From assembly GCA_964016885.1 (NCBI GenBank), contig OZ024743.1, positions 86,862,001 through 86,926,000 of the forward strand: DNA of 64,000 nucleotides, written 5' to 3'. The DNA is from Eledone cirrhosa. Lineage: Eukaryota. The stretch's first letter is position 1, and the number at the start of each line of letters is the position of its first letter. The notes under the pieces were generated by a model. It made no database searches. It worked only from the letters and a program-made list of their open reading frames with translations, and was not told the DNA's origin. Below, one piece after another: positions 30,010-43,687 of the stretch. Position numbers and translations under genes: made by a program.

Positions 30010-31029
30010 TTATTTCATATCTCGGTGGTGTTTCTTGTGGTGTGGAGTAACAAGAGCCTTTATTGTTTCCACACTCAGCAGAGAATGGCCGCTTTCTGAT
30101 TTCTTAGTTGATGGTGATTTGGATTTGGAACTATACGTCGTTTGCCCGCCGACATAACTATGTCTCCTCTCTGGTACTGGTAGATTCAGGAAAAGTTTAT
30201 GGTGTAAACTGTTCTTTCCATGGTGGCTTTCTCTGTGGTTGTTGTTGTTGTTGTTATTGTTATTGTTGCTACGGTTGTTCTGCTCGTCATGTTCTTCGGA
30301 CGGAGTTCTCTCTACATGACTGCTAGTGTGGTGGTTATCTGTGGGTGTTTGTCTTTCAGTGCTTTTCTCTGGTGATATTTCTTGACTTGAGGGCGGTGAA
30401 TCTGGGGACAAACCAAATGTTGTGATAATCTCATGTCGCTGTTTGGGTTTCGAATGAGATCCGGTCAAATTATGTGCACTATAGGATCGAGAAAGCTCGC
30501 TTTTGGGTTTCAGATAACCGGAAGAAGATTTATGCATTTTGTGTGAATGGTGCGGTCCTTTTCTGATGCGAATCACGTAACGTTCCTCCATATAGGCCGA
30601 GGGTAGTGGAGTTGGGGAAGTTGATTTGGAATCTTTTGGGGTCACAAGCCGTCGCTGGATAATGATGTCGTTATGTGACTTGCTCCGATTTACATAGGCG
30701 GCCGGCACCAAGCCAATATATTTCTTATCGTGGATAACAGTTTCAACCGGTTGCGGGCTTACATCGCATTTGGTCATATCATCACAAGATTTTGACAGGG
30801 TATTGTAACTCGGGGATAATAGAGAACTGGGTCTGCCATGCTCTTTATGGTTGTCCTTACTGATATTAGTATGAAGGATCTTACAGAGAAGTTCAGGGTC
30901 GAGACTTTCAGCACCGTGTGGTTTTTCACGAACTCCTGTATGATGATGATGGCTATGGCGTTTGATGTCCCTTTCCCGTCGTCTATTATGGGACGGCGAC
31001 ATTGAAGCTGCAATCCAGCTATGCATTGT
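30010..31029 (-). CDS. Terminal or single coding exon of a host gene; ~338-aa Ser/His/Lys-rich, probably disordered, family unrecognised
   Basis: 1-kb non-repetitive open frame in stop-rich DNA; strong acceptor gttttctttctatttcag immediately before ACA-ATG (exon starts 31029); TAA at 30010-30012; no TE motifs. Confidence 0.8.
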   Translation of the reverse strand, partial: TMHSWIAASMSPSHNRRRERDIKRHSHHHHTGVREKPHGAESLDPELLCKILHTNISKDNHKEHGRPSSLLSPSYNTLSKSCDDMTKCDVSPQPVETVIHDKKYIGLVPAAYVNRSKSHNDIIIQRRLVTPKDSKSTSPTPLPSAYMEERYVIRIRKGPHHSHKMHKSSSGYLKPKSELSRSYSAHNLTGSHSKPKQRHEIITTFGLSPDSPPSSQEISPEKSTERQTPTDNHHTSSHVERTPSEEHDEQNNRSNNNNNNNNNNHRESHHGKNSLHHKLFLNLPVPERRHSYVGGQTTYSSKSKSPSTKKSESGHSLLSVETIKALVTPHHKKHHRDMK

Positions 31030-31781
31030 CTGAAATAGAAAGAAAACAACTGAATTAAGGGGAAGAAATATAGTCAGTTAATATAGAGTTTTTGCCACTT
31101 TCAATCAGGTTTTTTTTTCACACGAACTCTATATCTTTGTCAACAAAATCCATCATTTATCTTTACATGTCTATAAAGAGTGACTCATAAAACTTCTAAT
31201 TAGCCACTTCATCTGCTAGAAGGAGCAGCCAAATTTCCCTCAAATTACAATTTAAAAAGGAGGGATCATTTTTAGGATTTGTCTCTGAAAAGGTGGTGCA
31301 GGCAATTTTGGCGAAGGAAATTACTATTATATCAAATTGAGGGCAAGGCTTTTAGATGAAAATTTAGATGCAATAATAATTATTCCTACATCTACAAGAA
31401 CCCCCCCCCCACACGCATACACACACACATACCCCCCCCCACACACATTATATATAGATATTTTGTATGCACATACATATACATAGATACACTCTTCCAT
31501 ATATGTACATGCATACATGCACACACACATATGAGTGTGTGTATATAAACATATACATACACACATATACATACACATATATACATACACACTTATATAA
31601 ATTTTATTTTTTTCATATATATATATATATATTCGTGTGTGTGTGCGTGCGTGTGTGCATGTGAGTATACACATACACACATACACACTCATATGTATAA
31701 TAAAAAAAAATATTACATTCTACTTTAATATTAAGCCCTTTGTATGTGCAAACCAACACACACACGCACACACAGACACAT

Positions 31782-31922
<141 letters not shown>

Positions 31923-32012
31923 AACAGGTGTGAAAAATACAGTACAATGATGATATATATTAGTTTAACGCTTGATTTAGTAGGAAAGGTTTTACGGAAG
32001 TTAGTCGTTTAT

Positions 32013-32097
<85 letters not shown>

Positions 32098-32100
<3 letters not shown>

Positions 32101-32501
32101 CATGAGAAGAAAGAAGAATACTGCGTGGTTTGCACATGGGTTACATATGATAAAAATAGTCCTTGGTCAGTGATTTGCCAACCATCATTGGTATTTCATC
32201 GCATTAAAAATCAGATACCTCAGGTTGGTGCGAGCAATAAGCTAAAAAAAGTTATTGGGACCAGTAATCGCGTAAAGCGAGGGGGACAAGTAACCAACAT
32301 AGAAGGATAAAAACAAACCAAAGAAAGGAAATAAACAAGCAACATGGTAGTCCTGGTCAGCCCCCTCGCTTTACGCTATTACTGGTCCCAATAACTTTTT
32401 TTAGCTTATTGCTCGCACCAACCTGAGGTATCTGATTTTTAATGCGATGAAATACCAATGATGGTTGGCAAATCACTGACTAAGGACTATTTTTATCATA
32501 T
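32098..32501. mobile_element. Asymmetric fold-back insert in (TA)n, family D
   Basis: Tail 32098-32144; inverted arms 32145-32285 and 32361-32501; TA-flanked. Confidence 0.75.
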
Positions 32502-32660
32502 ATATATATATATATATATATTTTTATACCTCAATATTTTTTTTTCGGATGTCTGTCTGGTTAAATGGATACATATATTAAGTCAAAAACCCGACCTTGA
32601 AATGTGCTTATGTTTGTATCTATGTACGCTCGCGCATATGCATGTGTATATATATGTATA

Positions 32661-32755
<95 letters not shown>

Positions 32756-32869
32756 ATGGATATGTATGTGTGTGTGTGTATATATGTATGCATATATATG
32801 TATTTATTTTTCCGTTATTTTATTTTATTTTATTTTTTGTTTTCTTATTTTCTTATTTTCTTTCAGCCT

Positions 32870-33380
32870 CGCTTTCAATACATAGCAGAGTAGAAAAGTT
32901 TTAATATAGATGAGATTCTACAGGACTAGAACTGTTTCATACTTTAGAAATCATCAGGAATCTGGCTGTCCAAAAAAAATGTTGTGGTATTTATATCTTT
33001 TCAGGTGGTAGGAGAGGGTGGGGAGTGGGATGGGTAGAGGTATTTGGTTGATAGAAAAGGGAATTCATTAAAAGCTAATTCTTTAAAGCTATAATTTATA
33101 TTTAGAGTGACAAAGGCAGAAAGAATTCTATAAACAAGTTCAGAATGGGGTGCCACTCCTTATTTTTAAGTTTCTCTTAAGCTAACAATGCCTATATTTC
33201 AGGTGTCTACAAGATGGTTGGGGGTCGGTCATGGTCGATGGATTTAAAGAAAAGGGAAATTCTTTAAAAGCTAATTCTTTAAAGTTCTACTTAGAGTGAC
33301 AGAGGCCAAGAGAATTCTATAAAACAGTTCAAATATTGGGTGCCTATCATTATTGTCAAGTTCTCTTAAGCTAAATTTCA
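32870..33380 (-). mobile_element. Long arm of family E fold-back element (Penelope-like 3' region)
   Basis: 32897-33194 is a diverged reverse complement of 35949-36240; tail remnant 'tcaatacatagcagagta' shared with 41105-41123; internal ~190-bp duplication. Confidence 0.75.
32914..32962 (-). ncRNA. Type I hammerhead ribozyme
   Basis: Minus: GATTC-CTGATGA-tttctaaagtat-GAAACAG ttctagtc CTGTA-GAATC; stem II weakened by one substitution. Confidence 0.7.
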
Positions 33381-33394
33381 GGTGTCAACAGACA

Positions 33395-33473
<79 letters not shown>

Positions 33474-33793
33474 ACACACATATATATATATATGTATATA
33501 TATATAAATAAATATACACATATACAAACATATACAAACACATCTACAGATATACTCATATATATACATATATACATAAATACATAAATAACCATACACA
33601 AATACATATATATATATATATATACATATACACATATATATATATACACATATATATATATACATATATATACATACACACACATACACATATATATATA
33701 TATTTATACATATATACACATATACATATATATATATATACACACATATATATACATACACACACATATACACACATATACATACACACATAC

Positions 33794-33868
<75 letters not shown>

Positions 33869-33937
33869 TACATATATATATATATACATACATATAAATA
33901 CATACATACATATAAATACATACATATACATATATAC

Positions 33938-34056
<119 letters not shown>

Positions 34057-34227
34057 TATATACATATATATACATACATATACATATATATATATATATA
34101 CATACACATATACATACATATACACATATACATACATATACATATACATATACATATATATACATATATATATATACACACATACATACATGTATATATA
34201 TATACATATACATATATATATATATAT

Positions 34228-34795
34228 ATTTGGTGGCTGCCAACTCGTTTTCGAGTACGGCCACTACTTTATATCCATGTAGGAGAACTCCTACCGATGC
34301 GCTGAACGAGTGTGACTTTTTAGTCCAGCCAGCGACTTGAAAACTCTGGTACAAACACTACACTTGTGACAATTATTGACACATAGTGCTGGGCCCATGG
34401 TACCATGTGACGACAAGTGCAGAAAGATCTCCAGATATAAAGCAATGCCTGTGCCGTGAAGCTTTTATAGTGAGCAAAGGCACTGCACAAAGCCAGTCCC
34501 ACTCTCTTAACCAAGATGATATTTACCAAAAAGAAGAACAAGTCAACATCATTGGATACCATCAGGGTTGCAGGTGTTATATCAGAGTTTTCCTTCTCCT
34601 AGAATTCTGCCTTGACCAAGGCTAAGGGGTCATCTCTCCCGGTGATTTTGGATGGCCATTGACTCTTAAGAGCTCCTTTGCCCTTTGACAGGTTTTGTTT
34701 TTAGTCCTACAGGATGTCCAAAGTCACCTCCTCACCAAGAAACCTTGGTGGCGTTGCCAGTTTAGTCGCCAACGACCCGACCATGAGACAGGTTG
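34228..34795 (-). mobile_element. RTE-like LINE fragment (decayed)
   Basis: GC-richer island with broken frames resembling the post-RT region of RTE-clade LINEs; assignment by recall only. Confidence 0.5.
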
Positions 34796-34798
34796 TAC

Positions 34799-34891
<93 letters not shown>

Positions 34892-34895
<4 letters not shown>

Positions 34896-35105
34896 AAAAA
34901 AAATGAAATCGAAAATTTAAAAAAAAATATATATATTTATTTGGTTACTTTACCGGAAAGGTACTGCGAAACCGGTAAAGGAACCAAATAAATATATATA
35001 TTTAAAAAAAAAATAAGATTCCAGTTGCATTTTCGATTTTATCTTTTTTTCTTTCACTCGTGTAGGACACCTCGGTTATTTTTCATTTTGTAAAAATAAC
35101 CTCAC

Positions 35106-35112
<7 letters not shown>
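34892..35112. mobile_element. Short family A fold-back insert
   Basis: Same termini as 9703-10838 (aaaa.atgaaatcgaaaat... / ...cctcactttctaa) but arms only ~60-85 bp. Confidence 0.8.
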
Positions 35113-35157
<45 letters not shown>

Positions 35158-35159
<2 letters not shown>

Positions 35160-35357
35160 CGAAGGAAATGAGGTAAGGAACCAGATGGACCATAACGCAC
35201 CAAAGTACTCAATACTTAGGGTAGTAGAGTGGGTAATAGGAACGAGTAGGACCCCGACGGCTGAGCTCAAGCCGTTTCGACGGCTAATTCTGGACTAAAA
35301 TAGTCCAGAATTAGCCGTCGAAACGGCTTGAGCTCAGCCGTCGGGGTCCTACTCGTT

Positions 35358-35362
<5 letters not shown>
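35158..35362. mobile_element. Family C fold-back insert
   Basis: Tail 35158-35235; perfect inverted arms 35236-35297 and 35301-35362; hammerhead 3' half GAAACGGCT..AGCCGTC-GGGGT. Confidence 0.8.
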
Positions 35363-35427
<65 letters not shown>

Positions 35428-35639
35428 CATATACACAAATATACACATATATATACACATATATATACATATATATACACATAAACATACACATACATGC
35501 CAATATGCAGGTACAAATGAACGCACGTACACACAACGATACGCATACAAACGAACGACCACTCATACAAATACATACGAACATGTACTCATAAGTATAC
35601 GCATATACACAGGCACATAAAAACAGCTCATAAAAAAAT

Positions 35640-36240
35640 GCAGATAGGTAAGGGGTACTTACAGAACGATAGTGCCGTGTTTCAGGTTGAGAAGGGGTAG
35701 GGGTGGGGTGGGAAGGAGGTAGAGGGCTATTTTGTCGGGTGGCGTTAAAAAAAAAAAGAAAGGGGAAGTCGTTTTTAGCCATCGGGCATTAACACTGGCT
35801 TAAGGTATTTGAAAGTTGCAAAGTTTTTGAGCATGCAGTTCGGGCAGTGTTCAGAGAGTTTGTTCAGTAGCGGGCCCTTGGCGAATAATATTTCGTAGCT
35901 CTCTGAGATAATAATTCGTAGCTCTCTGAATAATATTTCGTAGCTCTCTAGGCATTGTTAGCTTAAGAGAAACTTTAAAATAAGGAGTGGCACCCCAATT
36001 AGAACTTGTTTATAGAATTCTTTCTGCCTTTGTCACTCTAAATATAAATTATAGCCTTAACGAATTAGCTTTTAATGATTTCCCCTTTCTTTCAACCAAT
36101 GACCTTCACACATCCCACCCTCTCCTACCGCCTGAAAAGATATAAATACCACAACATTTTTTTATGGACAGCCAGATTCCTGATGATTTCTAAAGAATGA
36201 AACAGTTCTAATCCTGTAGAATCTCATCTATATTAAAACT
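35640..36240 (+). mobile_element. Short-ended arm of family E element
   Basis: Inverted partner of 32897-33194; ends in TA ~22 nt after the ribozyme cleavage triplet. Confidence 0.7.
36175..36223 (+). ncRNA. Type I hammerhead ribozyme (complete core)
   Basis: GATTC-CTGATGA-tTTC taaa GAAt-GAAACAG ttctaatc CTGTA-GAATC: 5-bp stem I, 4-bp stem III, GUA triplet at 36216-36218. Confidence 0.8.
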
Positions 36241-36247
36241 ATATATA

Positions 36248-36798
36248 TTAGAATTGGTGCTCTGAAATAGTGATGTATATATGAATGTATATACAGGGTA
36301 TTTGGCAATACACTGTATGCTTAATTAAAAGCATTTGGAAGACCTTACGCTATTGTTTTAAAGTAGTGACTATGTCACTTACTTCTTTTTTCAACAAACA
36401 AAGGGCGATAAGCTGACAGATCTCTGTTTCATACTGTTGGTATTCATCAGAGCTTAGTACTCCCCTTCGTCTGTTGAAAATTATAAATGTTGTATTCTTA
36501 TAGAATTCCAGTAATAATCAGGAACTGATTATACAGAGCGGTTGCCGGTCCAGCAAAAATTGAAAATTAGAATTGGTGCTCTGAAATAGTGATGTATATA
36601 TGAATGTATATATAATGTATTTGGTAATACACTGTATGCTTAATTAAAAGCATTTTGAAGACCTTACGCTATTGCTTTAAAGTAGTGACTATGTAACTTA
36701 CTTCTTTGTTTGTTGAAAAAAGAAGTAAGTGACATAGTCACTACTTTAAAACAATAGCGTAAGGTCTTCAAAATGCTTTTAATTAAGCATACAGTGTA
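36248..36798. repeat. Direct plus inverted triplication of a 95-155-bp segment
   Basis: 36248-36402 repeated at 36567-36704, followed by an inverted copy 36705-36798. Confidence 0.85.
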
Positions 36799-36799
36799 T

Positions 36800-36972
36800 G
36801 TCCAGGGCGGGTAAAATTCCCGAGATCCATGAACGAGTTCTCTCCAGCGGTCTCTGTCCCTCATTATCGCTGCCATGCCCTGTCTCCAAGAGACCAGTGT
36901 CTGTCCTTAGGGCATCAACATATGTTAACCCCGGTCTTCCTCTTCCAGTGTGTCCATGGAATATTCCATTAT
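36800..36972 (-). mobile_element. RTE-clade LINE 3' end
   Basis: Translates HGHTGRGRPGLTYVDALRTDTGL / AAIMRDRDRWRELV, typical of RTE C-termini. Confidence 0.7.
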
Positions 36973-36974
36973 AA

Positions 36975-37021
<47 letters not shown>

Positions 37022-37051
37022 CATACATACCATATATATATATATATATAT

Positions 37052-37125
<74 letters not shown>

Positions 37126-37126
<1 letters not shown>

Positions 37127-38470
37127 CAGTAGCGATCAAAATAAGAGAATGATAAATTAATTTTTTATTATATTTTTTATTTGACAAAATTTTCCCTTTA
37201 AAATTTGAAAGAATATTCGTAGTATATATATCTGTCTCGTGCTAAAATATTTTCTTAATAATCAAGGGTATACACAAGATATTAATCATATACCTTTAAT
37301 TTTGAAAAAAAAAAAAAAAACACTGATCAAATTAAGAGAATGGAAACATAATGGGATTTGGTTTACAAAATCGGGTTTATTCATTCTCAAACATTAATAG
37401 GAAGTGTAGAGGCCTTTTCTTTGGATGACTTCGGCACATCTGCATCCACATAAAGTCACCGCCGTATTGCATAGTTTTGGAGTGATATTATTCCACTCTT
37501 CCCCCAGTGTCTTCCACAATTCAGTGGTTGTAGCTGGTGTTTTCGCCATGATATTGTCCCAAATGATCTTCCAAAGGTTCTCGATTGGATTTAAGTCGGG
37601 ACTCTGGGCTGTCCATTTAAAAACTTCTATCTCCTCATCATCGAGAAATCTTTTCACTCATTTTGCAGTCTGGCATGGAGCATTATCTTGCATAAAAATG
37701 GCTGGTTGATCGGGAGAAGTCTATAGAGTGGGAATGGCATGTTGCTGAAGGAGGTTCTGGTACACATTAGCATTCGCAGTGCCATTTAAGCGCATGGAAG
37801 GTCCCACTCCGGCTGCTGAGAACATTCCCCAAACCATGACACTGCCCCCTCCGAATTTTTGCAGACTTTTTGACACACTTAGAAAGAAGTCTTCAGTTTT
37901 ACATCTTACATATTGGTTACCATCTGAACCAACCAAAGTAAACTTGCTTTCATCACTAAAATGAACTTTGGGCCAATTTTATTCACTCCACACATGTTTC
38001 TCAGCAAAGGCAAGTCTAGCTATTTTATTTTTTATTGCAGATAAGAAGTTTGGTCACTGGGGAGTGGGCTTTCAATCCAACTTCTGCCAGACGATGAAAG
38101 ACTGCACACCGAGACACTTCTTTGTTCAAATTAGCGCTGCAGCGTTGAATTGGTTCCCCCATAGACATTCTGTGGATCATAGGGTCCACTCGTTGACGAC
38201 CGACCTTCTTCATAGACGTGAATGAGTTGGTTTTATTATGCAATTTCAATATCCTCACTAATACACTTTTAGAATGGCTAACGTCCTTTCCAATCGCCGA
38301 GAGAGAGAGAGTCCATCACTCTTCATCTGAACGACTTTACGTCGGAGGGCTTCAGTTACCTTGGAGTGGGTCGACATGTTGCGAGAGTTGATAGGAAAAT
38401 GGAACATACTGGTAACGTGATCCTGTTGATTAGTGTTGCTAGATATTTCTAAAAGGTATATCATTAATAT
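37126..38470 (-). mobile_element. Tc1-family DNA transposon, frameshifted transposase pseudogene
   Basis: Fragments with HTH N-terminus, FSDESKF (nt ~37940-37963), GGGSVMVWG, WTAQSPDLNPIENLW; terminus TA-CAGTAGCGATCAAAATAAGAGAAT with inner direct repeat at ~37325; other TIR not seen. Confidence 0.9.
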
Positions 38471-38908
38471 CTTTTTTGCTGGACTGCAAAAAGTATTTAG
38501 TTCTACGTTTTAGTCATATTAGGGAAAAAAGAACTTAAATCTAGTCCGATAAGATTAGAACCATGGACGAGAGGCATAACAAAACATTGTTTAGTATTTA
38601 GTTCTCTGCATCACCAGCGTTTTTATGAAAACAATTATTTCTAGTGATTTCCAGAGATTGGCATTAGGCCAGAGATTTTTTTCGGAGTGAAGGGAATTAT
38701 TGTTGATTATATCGATTAAGCGAAGTACTTGAAATTTTATCGATCCTTGAAGAAGGGGAGTCTAAGTGAAGCTTATTTCTACCAACATATATAAGTGAGT
38801 ATAGCCACAACGGGGGTTGCAATTGGGAAATATAGTAACATACTATATCTATCTATCTGTCTATCTATCTATGAAAAGAAGTTCATATATATATATATAT
38901 ATATATAT

Positions 38909-38975
<67 letters not shown>

Positions 38976-40001
38976 TGCACATAAACGTGTGCGGGCACAC
39001 ACACACACACGGGGCTGTATGTGAATCTAGCTTCCTCTTCTGAGCGTTAAACTAGTATCCTCTAACTTTACCGCATTCTGTCGTTTTTGTTTCTCTGTCT
39101 CTTTACGCTCTCTATATATTCACGAAGCGTTGAGCAAACTTGAATTTAGAAGGTAATGTTACTCTATTATAAGCCACTACAACGCAGTTTTAACTAAAAA
39201 AACAACCGAAAAAGTCTGGTACATAAGACCCTAGAAACGAAAAGAATTGACAGTGTCCCCAGCTGCAATCGACCTTGAGTGTTAGGTTTTTATATGCTCT
39301 ACGCTCTAGAAGCTTATATGTATGTATGTACACACACACACACACACACACACACAACACACACATATATATATGGCAGTCTTCGAAGATCGAGGCTAAT
39401 CTGCCACTTGCAGCTGCAACTATTATTTTCTCCCAGCCTTTATAATTAATTAATTAATTAATTAATTAATTGTTTAATTGTTTGTCTGAAAACCTAGTTG
39501 AGAGTTTACCTCGAGACTGGAAATAGATCCTTTGTTCACACTTTTGAATGTACCCACTAAAATTCGGGAAACTGACCTTCCTCTTTTTGAGAAAGGACAC
39601 ATTACCTCACTGCCAAATTTACTACTACAGTAGAATGGCAGTGTTGTCTCAGATCACGATGAAAGTGGATACTTCGAATGAAAAACCTGTTGACGAAGGG
39701 AAATTCCCGTTCCATCTTAGGATGCATTACTGACTTGCATATACATTACGCAACTTGGAGTGTAACTTCAGATTTTCCCAGAAACCTATCGAAGATATTT
39801 ATCGATTAATATCTATTGATCAGGTCCAGGTTCGTCATTAATCTGGCTGTATTTTCGTTGTTGTAATATTAATGTGGAAACATGCCTCTGGTCGTTCACT
39901 CTGAGGAGAAATGTATTAATTACTCTATCATCGAGGCTAATCTGCTACTTGCAGCTGCAATTTCAATTATACTCATGACTATTATATATATATATATATG
40001 T

Positions 40002-40089
<88 letters not shown>

Positions 40090-40099
40090 ATAATAATAA

Positions 40100-40790
40100 A
40101 TTTGAAGACTAAAATCCAAAGAGGGCTCGATAAGGATAAATATATATCAAATATATAAGAACCGTAGAGCAAATATTTATTAAAATAACAGATTAAAGTT
40201 TAAGCAAAGAATCGCTGCTTTCACCCTTAACGGGATCTTCTGAAACTAACAAAGTCAATCTGTAAACGCAGAAGTGGATATTTCAAAAAACGTTGAAACC
40301 GGAGGAAGACAGGAAGACGATACTTTGGTTCGTGAAGCGGAGAATCATTCGGTTTCCTAGTTAGAATTTAGTGTACGACTTCAGCTATACCATTTACGTG
40401 GTTTTGTCTTTGCGTGCAATTGTTCTCCACGCACCACATATGACGTATTATCTTCGTTTTTTCCGTTCATTGCCAGAGAACGTCTCTATGCACCACCTAA
40501 GAGAACATTAGTCTACGACTTCTTTTATACCATAAACGTGGTTTTGTCTTTGCGTGTAATTGTTTTTCACCGCTCCTATTAATGACGTATTATTCGTTTT
40601 TTCCCCTTCTTTGCCAGCGAACGTTACCACGAACCAAAGTATCGTCTTCCTGTCTTCCTCCGGTTGCAACGTTTTTTGAAATATCCACTTCTGCGTTTAC
40701 AGATTGACTTTGTTAGTTTCAGAAGATCCCGTTAAGGGTGAAAGCAGCGATTCTTTGCTTAAACTTTAATCTGTTATTTTAATAAATAAA
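40100..40790. mobile_element. Asymmetric fold-back insert, family F
   Basis: Tail ~40100-40173; inverted arms 40174-40334 and 40628-40788; spacer holds a ~130-bp tandem duplication; motif CAGAAGA-tCCC gttaa GGGt-GAAAG at 40720-40744. Confidence 0.75.
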
Positions 40791-41018
40791 TAAATATATA
40801 TATATATGTGTGCATGTATATATATATATATATACATACTACTGTACGTCGGTATACATATATGTATGTACGTGCATATATATATGTGTGCATGTATGTA
40901 TATATATATATACATACTACTGTACGTCGGTATACATATATGTATGTACGTGTACATACTTATATTTAAGTAACAGCCGTACTAAGAGTGGGAAATGAAA
41001 TATCCTTTCATTTTTTCC

Positions 41019-41059
<41 letters not shown>

Positions 41060-41061
<2 letters not shown>

Positions 41062-41240
41062 TTTATCTCGGGTTCAACTGGGGGTAACCACAGTAAGTAA
41101 GGTACTCAATACATAGCAGAGTATAAATATTTATTATAGAAATGGATTCTACAGGACTATAACTGTTTCATTCGGGAGAAATCTCCTGATGATTTCTCCC
41201 GAATGAAACAGTTCTAGTCCTGTAGAAGCCATTTCTATTA
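41060..41240. mobile_element. Family E-like short fold-back insert
   Basis: Tail 41060-41135; inverted arms 41136-41183 and 41191-41238; TA-flanked. Confidence 0.8.
41184..41226 (+). ncRNA. Type I hammerhead core (stem I truncated by the fold-back)
   Basis: TC-CTGATGA-tTTC tccc GAAt-GAAACAG ttctagtc CTGTA-GA. Confidence 0.7.
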
Positions 41241-41749
41241 TATATATATATATATATGTATGTATATATGCCTGTTTTATGTAATGCTCCCCTAGTTGGT
41301 TGAGCTGCTCTACTTTAAGGAATTAGTGAGCTATTTCTAGCTCTCTTATGAATCTCTTGATGATCGTCTATTTCAGCGTGATGCTACTTATTTAATTTAA
41401 CAACACACACGAGTCAGTTTTCAACTGTATTCTCAATGGGTAGTTTATATTTTGTAATACTAAAAATGACATACCTACTGATGACAGTTTTTATTTGCTA
41501 AAATATCTTCTTTATTTTAACTATAGTAATTTATATTTTCTTTATGGTCTGAAACAGCGGTATAGATATATTAGTAATATAAGTAATAGTTTTATGCCCT
41601 GATTATTTTCTGTCTTGTCATATGTATTACAAGATATAATTATTGTTGATTCCATAATAATATCGTACGCATGTGCTCTGGAATACGATATTTTCACATC
41701 TAATTTCGATTGAGCTTATATGGAACAACGAAATCGAGACGTTTTTATT

Positions 41750-41865
41750 TTTCATGGACTCCCTAAAATACTACCGTGGACCCACAACTTACTATTTTTT
41801 ATGTGGACCCCAAAATTCTCATATGGATCTCCTGGGATCATTTGGACCCCGGTTGAGAACCACTG
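41750..41865. mobile_element. hAT (Charlie-like) terminal fragment
   Basis: Repeated tggaccc subterminal motifs ending GGTTGAGAACCACTG. Confidence 0.6.
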
Positions 41866-42494
41866 AGTTGTTATAGATAAACATATCAATAACGGTAGTG
41901 TTGACTAGTGTTTATTTCCGTGTTTCCTTATCTGGATAGTTTTGTCTTCTGTATGACTCTGGTCGCTTGTTAATGTCGGTCAGTCTCCATTATCCATTCT
42001 TTATATCTGTCTTTTCGTTTTGTTCTATTTAGATCTACTGTGATTTTCTACGAGTTTTGTGGGTGTTGGTGTTGTATGAGTGTTATGTAATGGAGTAGTT
42101 TTGTGTTGATAAATGGATAATTTAAATAGGTGTTGGGGGCATACTGTGCAAACCCTGTATTAGTGTTGTGTAATGGAGTAGTTCTCTGTGTTAGATGTAT
42201 TAGTGTTGTGTAATGGGGTAGTTCTCTGTGTTCAGTGTATTAGTGTTGCGTAATGGGGTAGTTATCTGTGTTTGGTGTATTTTAGTGTCGTATTGGGGTG
42301 CTTTTGAGGGGTTACTGGGTTTGTATTGTGGGTGTCAGGTGTATGTCTTTAGTTGTGTGTATATAACTTATTTCTCTATTGCTGAAGGGTGTCATTGTTG
42401 GTGACTCGTTACCTGGTATCAACATAACTTCAGCATCATCACCAGCAGCAAAAACAACAAAAACAAAACAACAGCAATATTATTAGTAACAATA

Positions 42495-42763
42495 ACAACA
42501 ACACCAACCACAGCACCAGCATCACCAGCACCACCAGCACCACCAGCACCACCAGCACCACCAGCACCACCACCAGCACGAATAGCACCACCAGCACCAA
42601 TAGCACCACCAGCACCAATAGCACCACCAACACCACCACCACCACCAGCACCACCACCAGCACCAGCACCACCACCACCACCACCAGCACCACCACCACC
42701 ACCAGCACCACCAGCACCACCAGCACCTCCAGCACCACCACCACCACCACCACCACCACCACC

Positions 42764-42794
<31 letters not shown>

Positions 42795-43440
42795 CCACCA
42801 CCACCACCACCACCACCACCACCAGCACCAGCACCACCACCACCACCACCAGCACCACCAGCACCACCAGCACCACCACCACCACCACCAGCACCACCAG
42901 CACCACCAGCACCTCCAGCACCACCACCAGCACCACCACCACCACCAGCACCACCAGCACGACCACCAGCACCACCAGCACCACCACCAGCACCACTACC
43001 ACCACCAGCACCACCACCAGCACCACCACCACCACCACCACTACCACCACCAGCACCACCACCAGCAACACCACCAGCACCACCAGCACCACCACCACTA
43101 CCACCACCAGCACCACCACCAGCACCACCACCAGCACCACCACCAGCACCACCACCAGCACCACCACCAGCACCACCACCAGCACCACCACCAGCACCAC
43201 CAGCACCACCACCACTACCACCACCAGCACCACCACCAGTACCAGCACCACCACTACCACCACCAGCACCACCACCAGCACCACCACCAGCACCACCACC
43301 AGCACCACCACCACCAGCACCACCACCACCACCACCAGCACCACCACCACCACCACGAACCACATCATCATCTCTATCATCATCATCATCAAAATCATCA
43401 TCACCAATAACAACATCAACATCATCATCACCAACAACAG
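42495..43440. repeat. (CAC/CAG)n compound trinucleotide tract
   Basis: Direct reading; source of the poly-Gly/Ala and poly-Val ORFs. Confidence 0.9.
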
Positions 43441-43613
43441 CAATATCATTTGTAGCAATGGTAAACTCTGTACTCACGGGCTGGTAGTTGCGGAGTCAAA
43501 ACGTTTATATCAAACTGCAGGGAATCTCCAGAAGTTTGGGAGGGGGTGTTTCAAAGTGTCCAGGAGAACTCCTGGTTCCTCTTGTAGCTGACCTGGATAG
43601 ATGGTGACCCTGT

Positions 43614-43682
<69 letters not shown>

Positions 43683-43687
<5 letters not shown>

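Noticed and set aside
42419-43477. 352-aa Gly/Ala-rich ORF resembling a structural protein
   Set aside because: It is a pure CAC/CAG repeat open in several frames, with no signal peptide or clear splice context.
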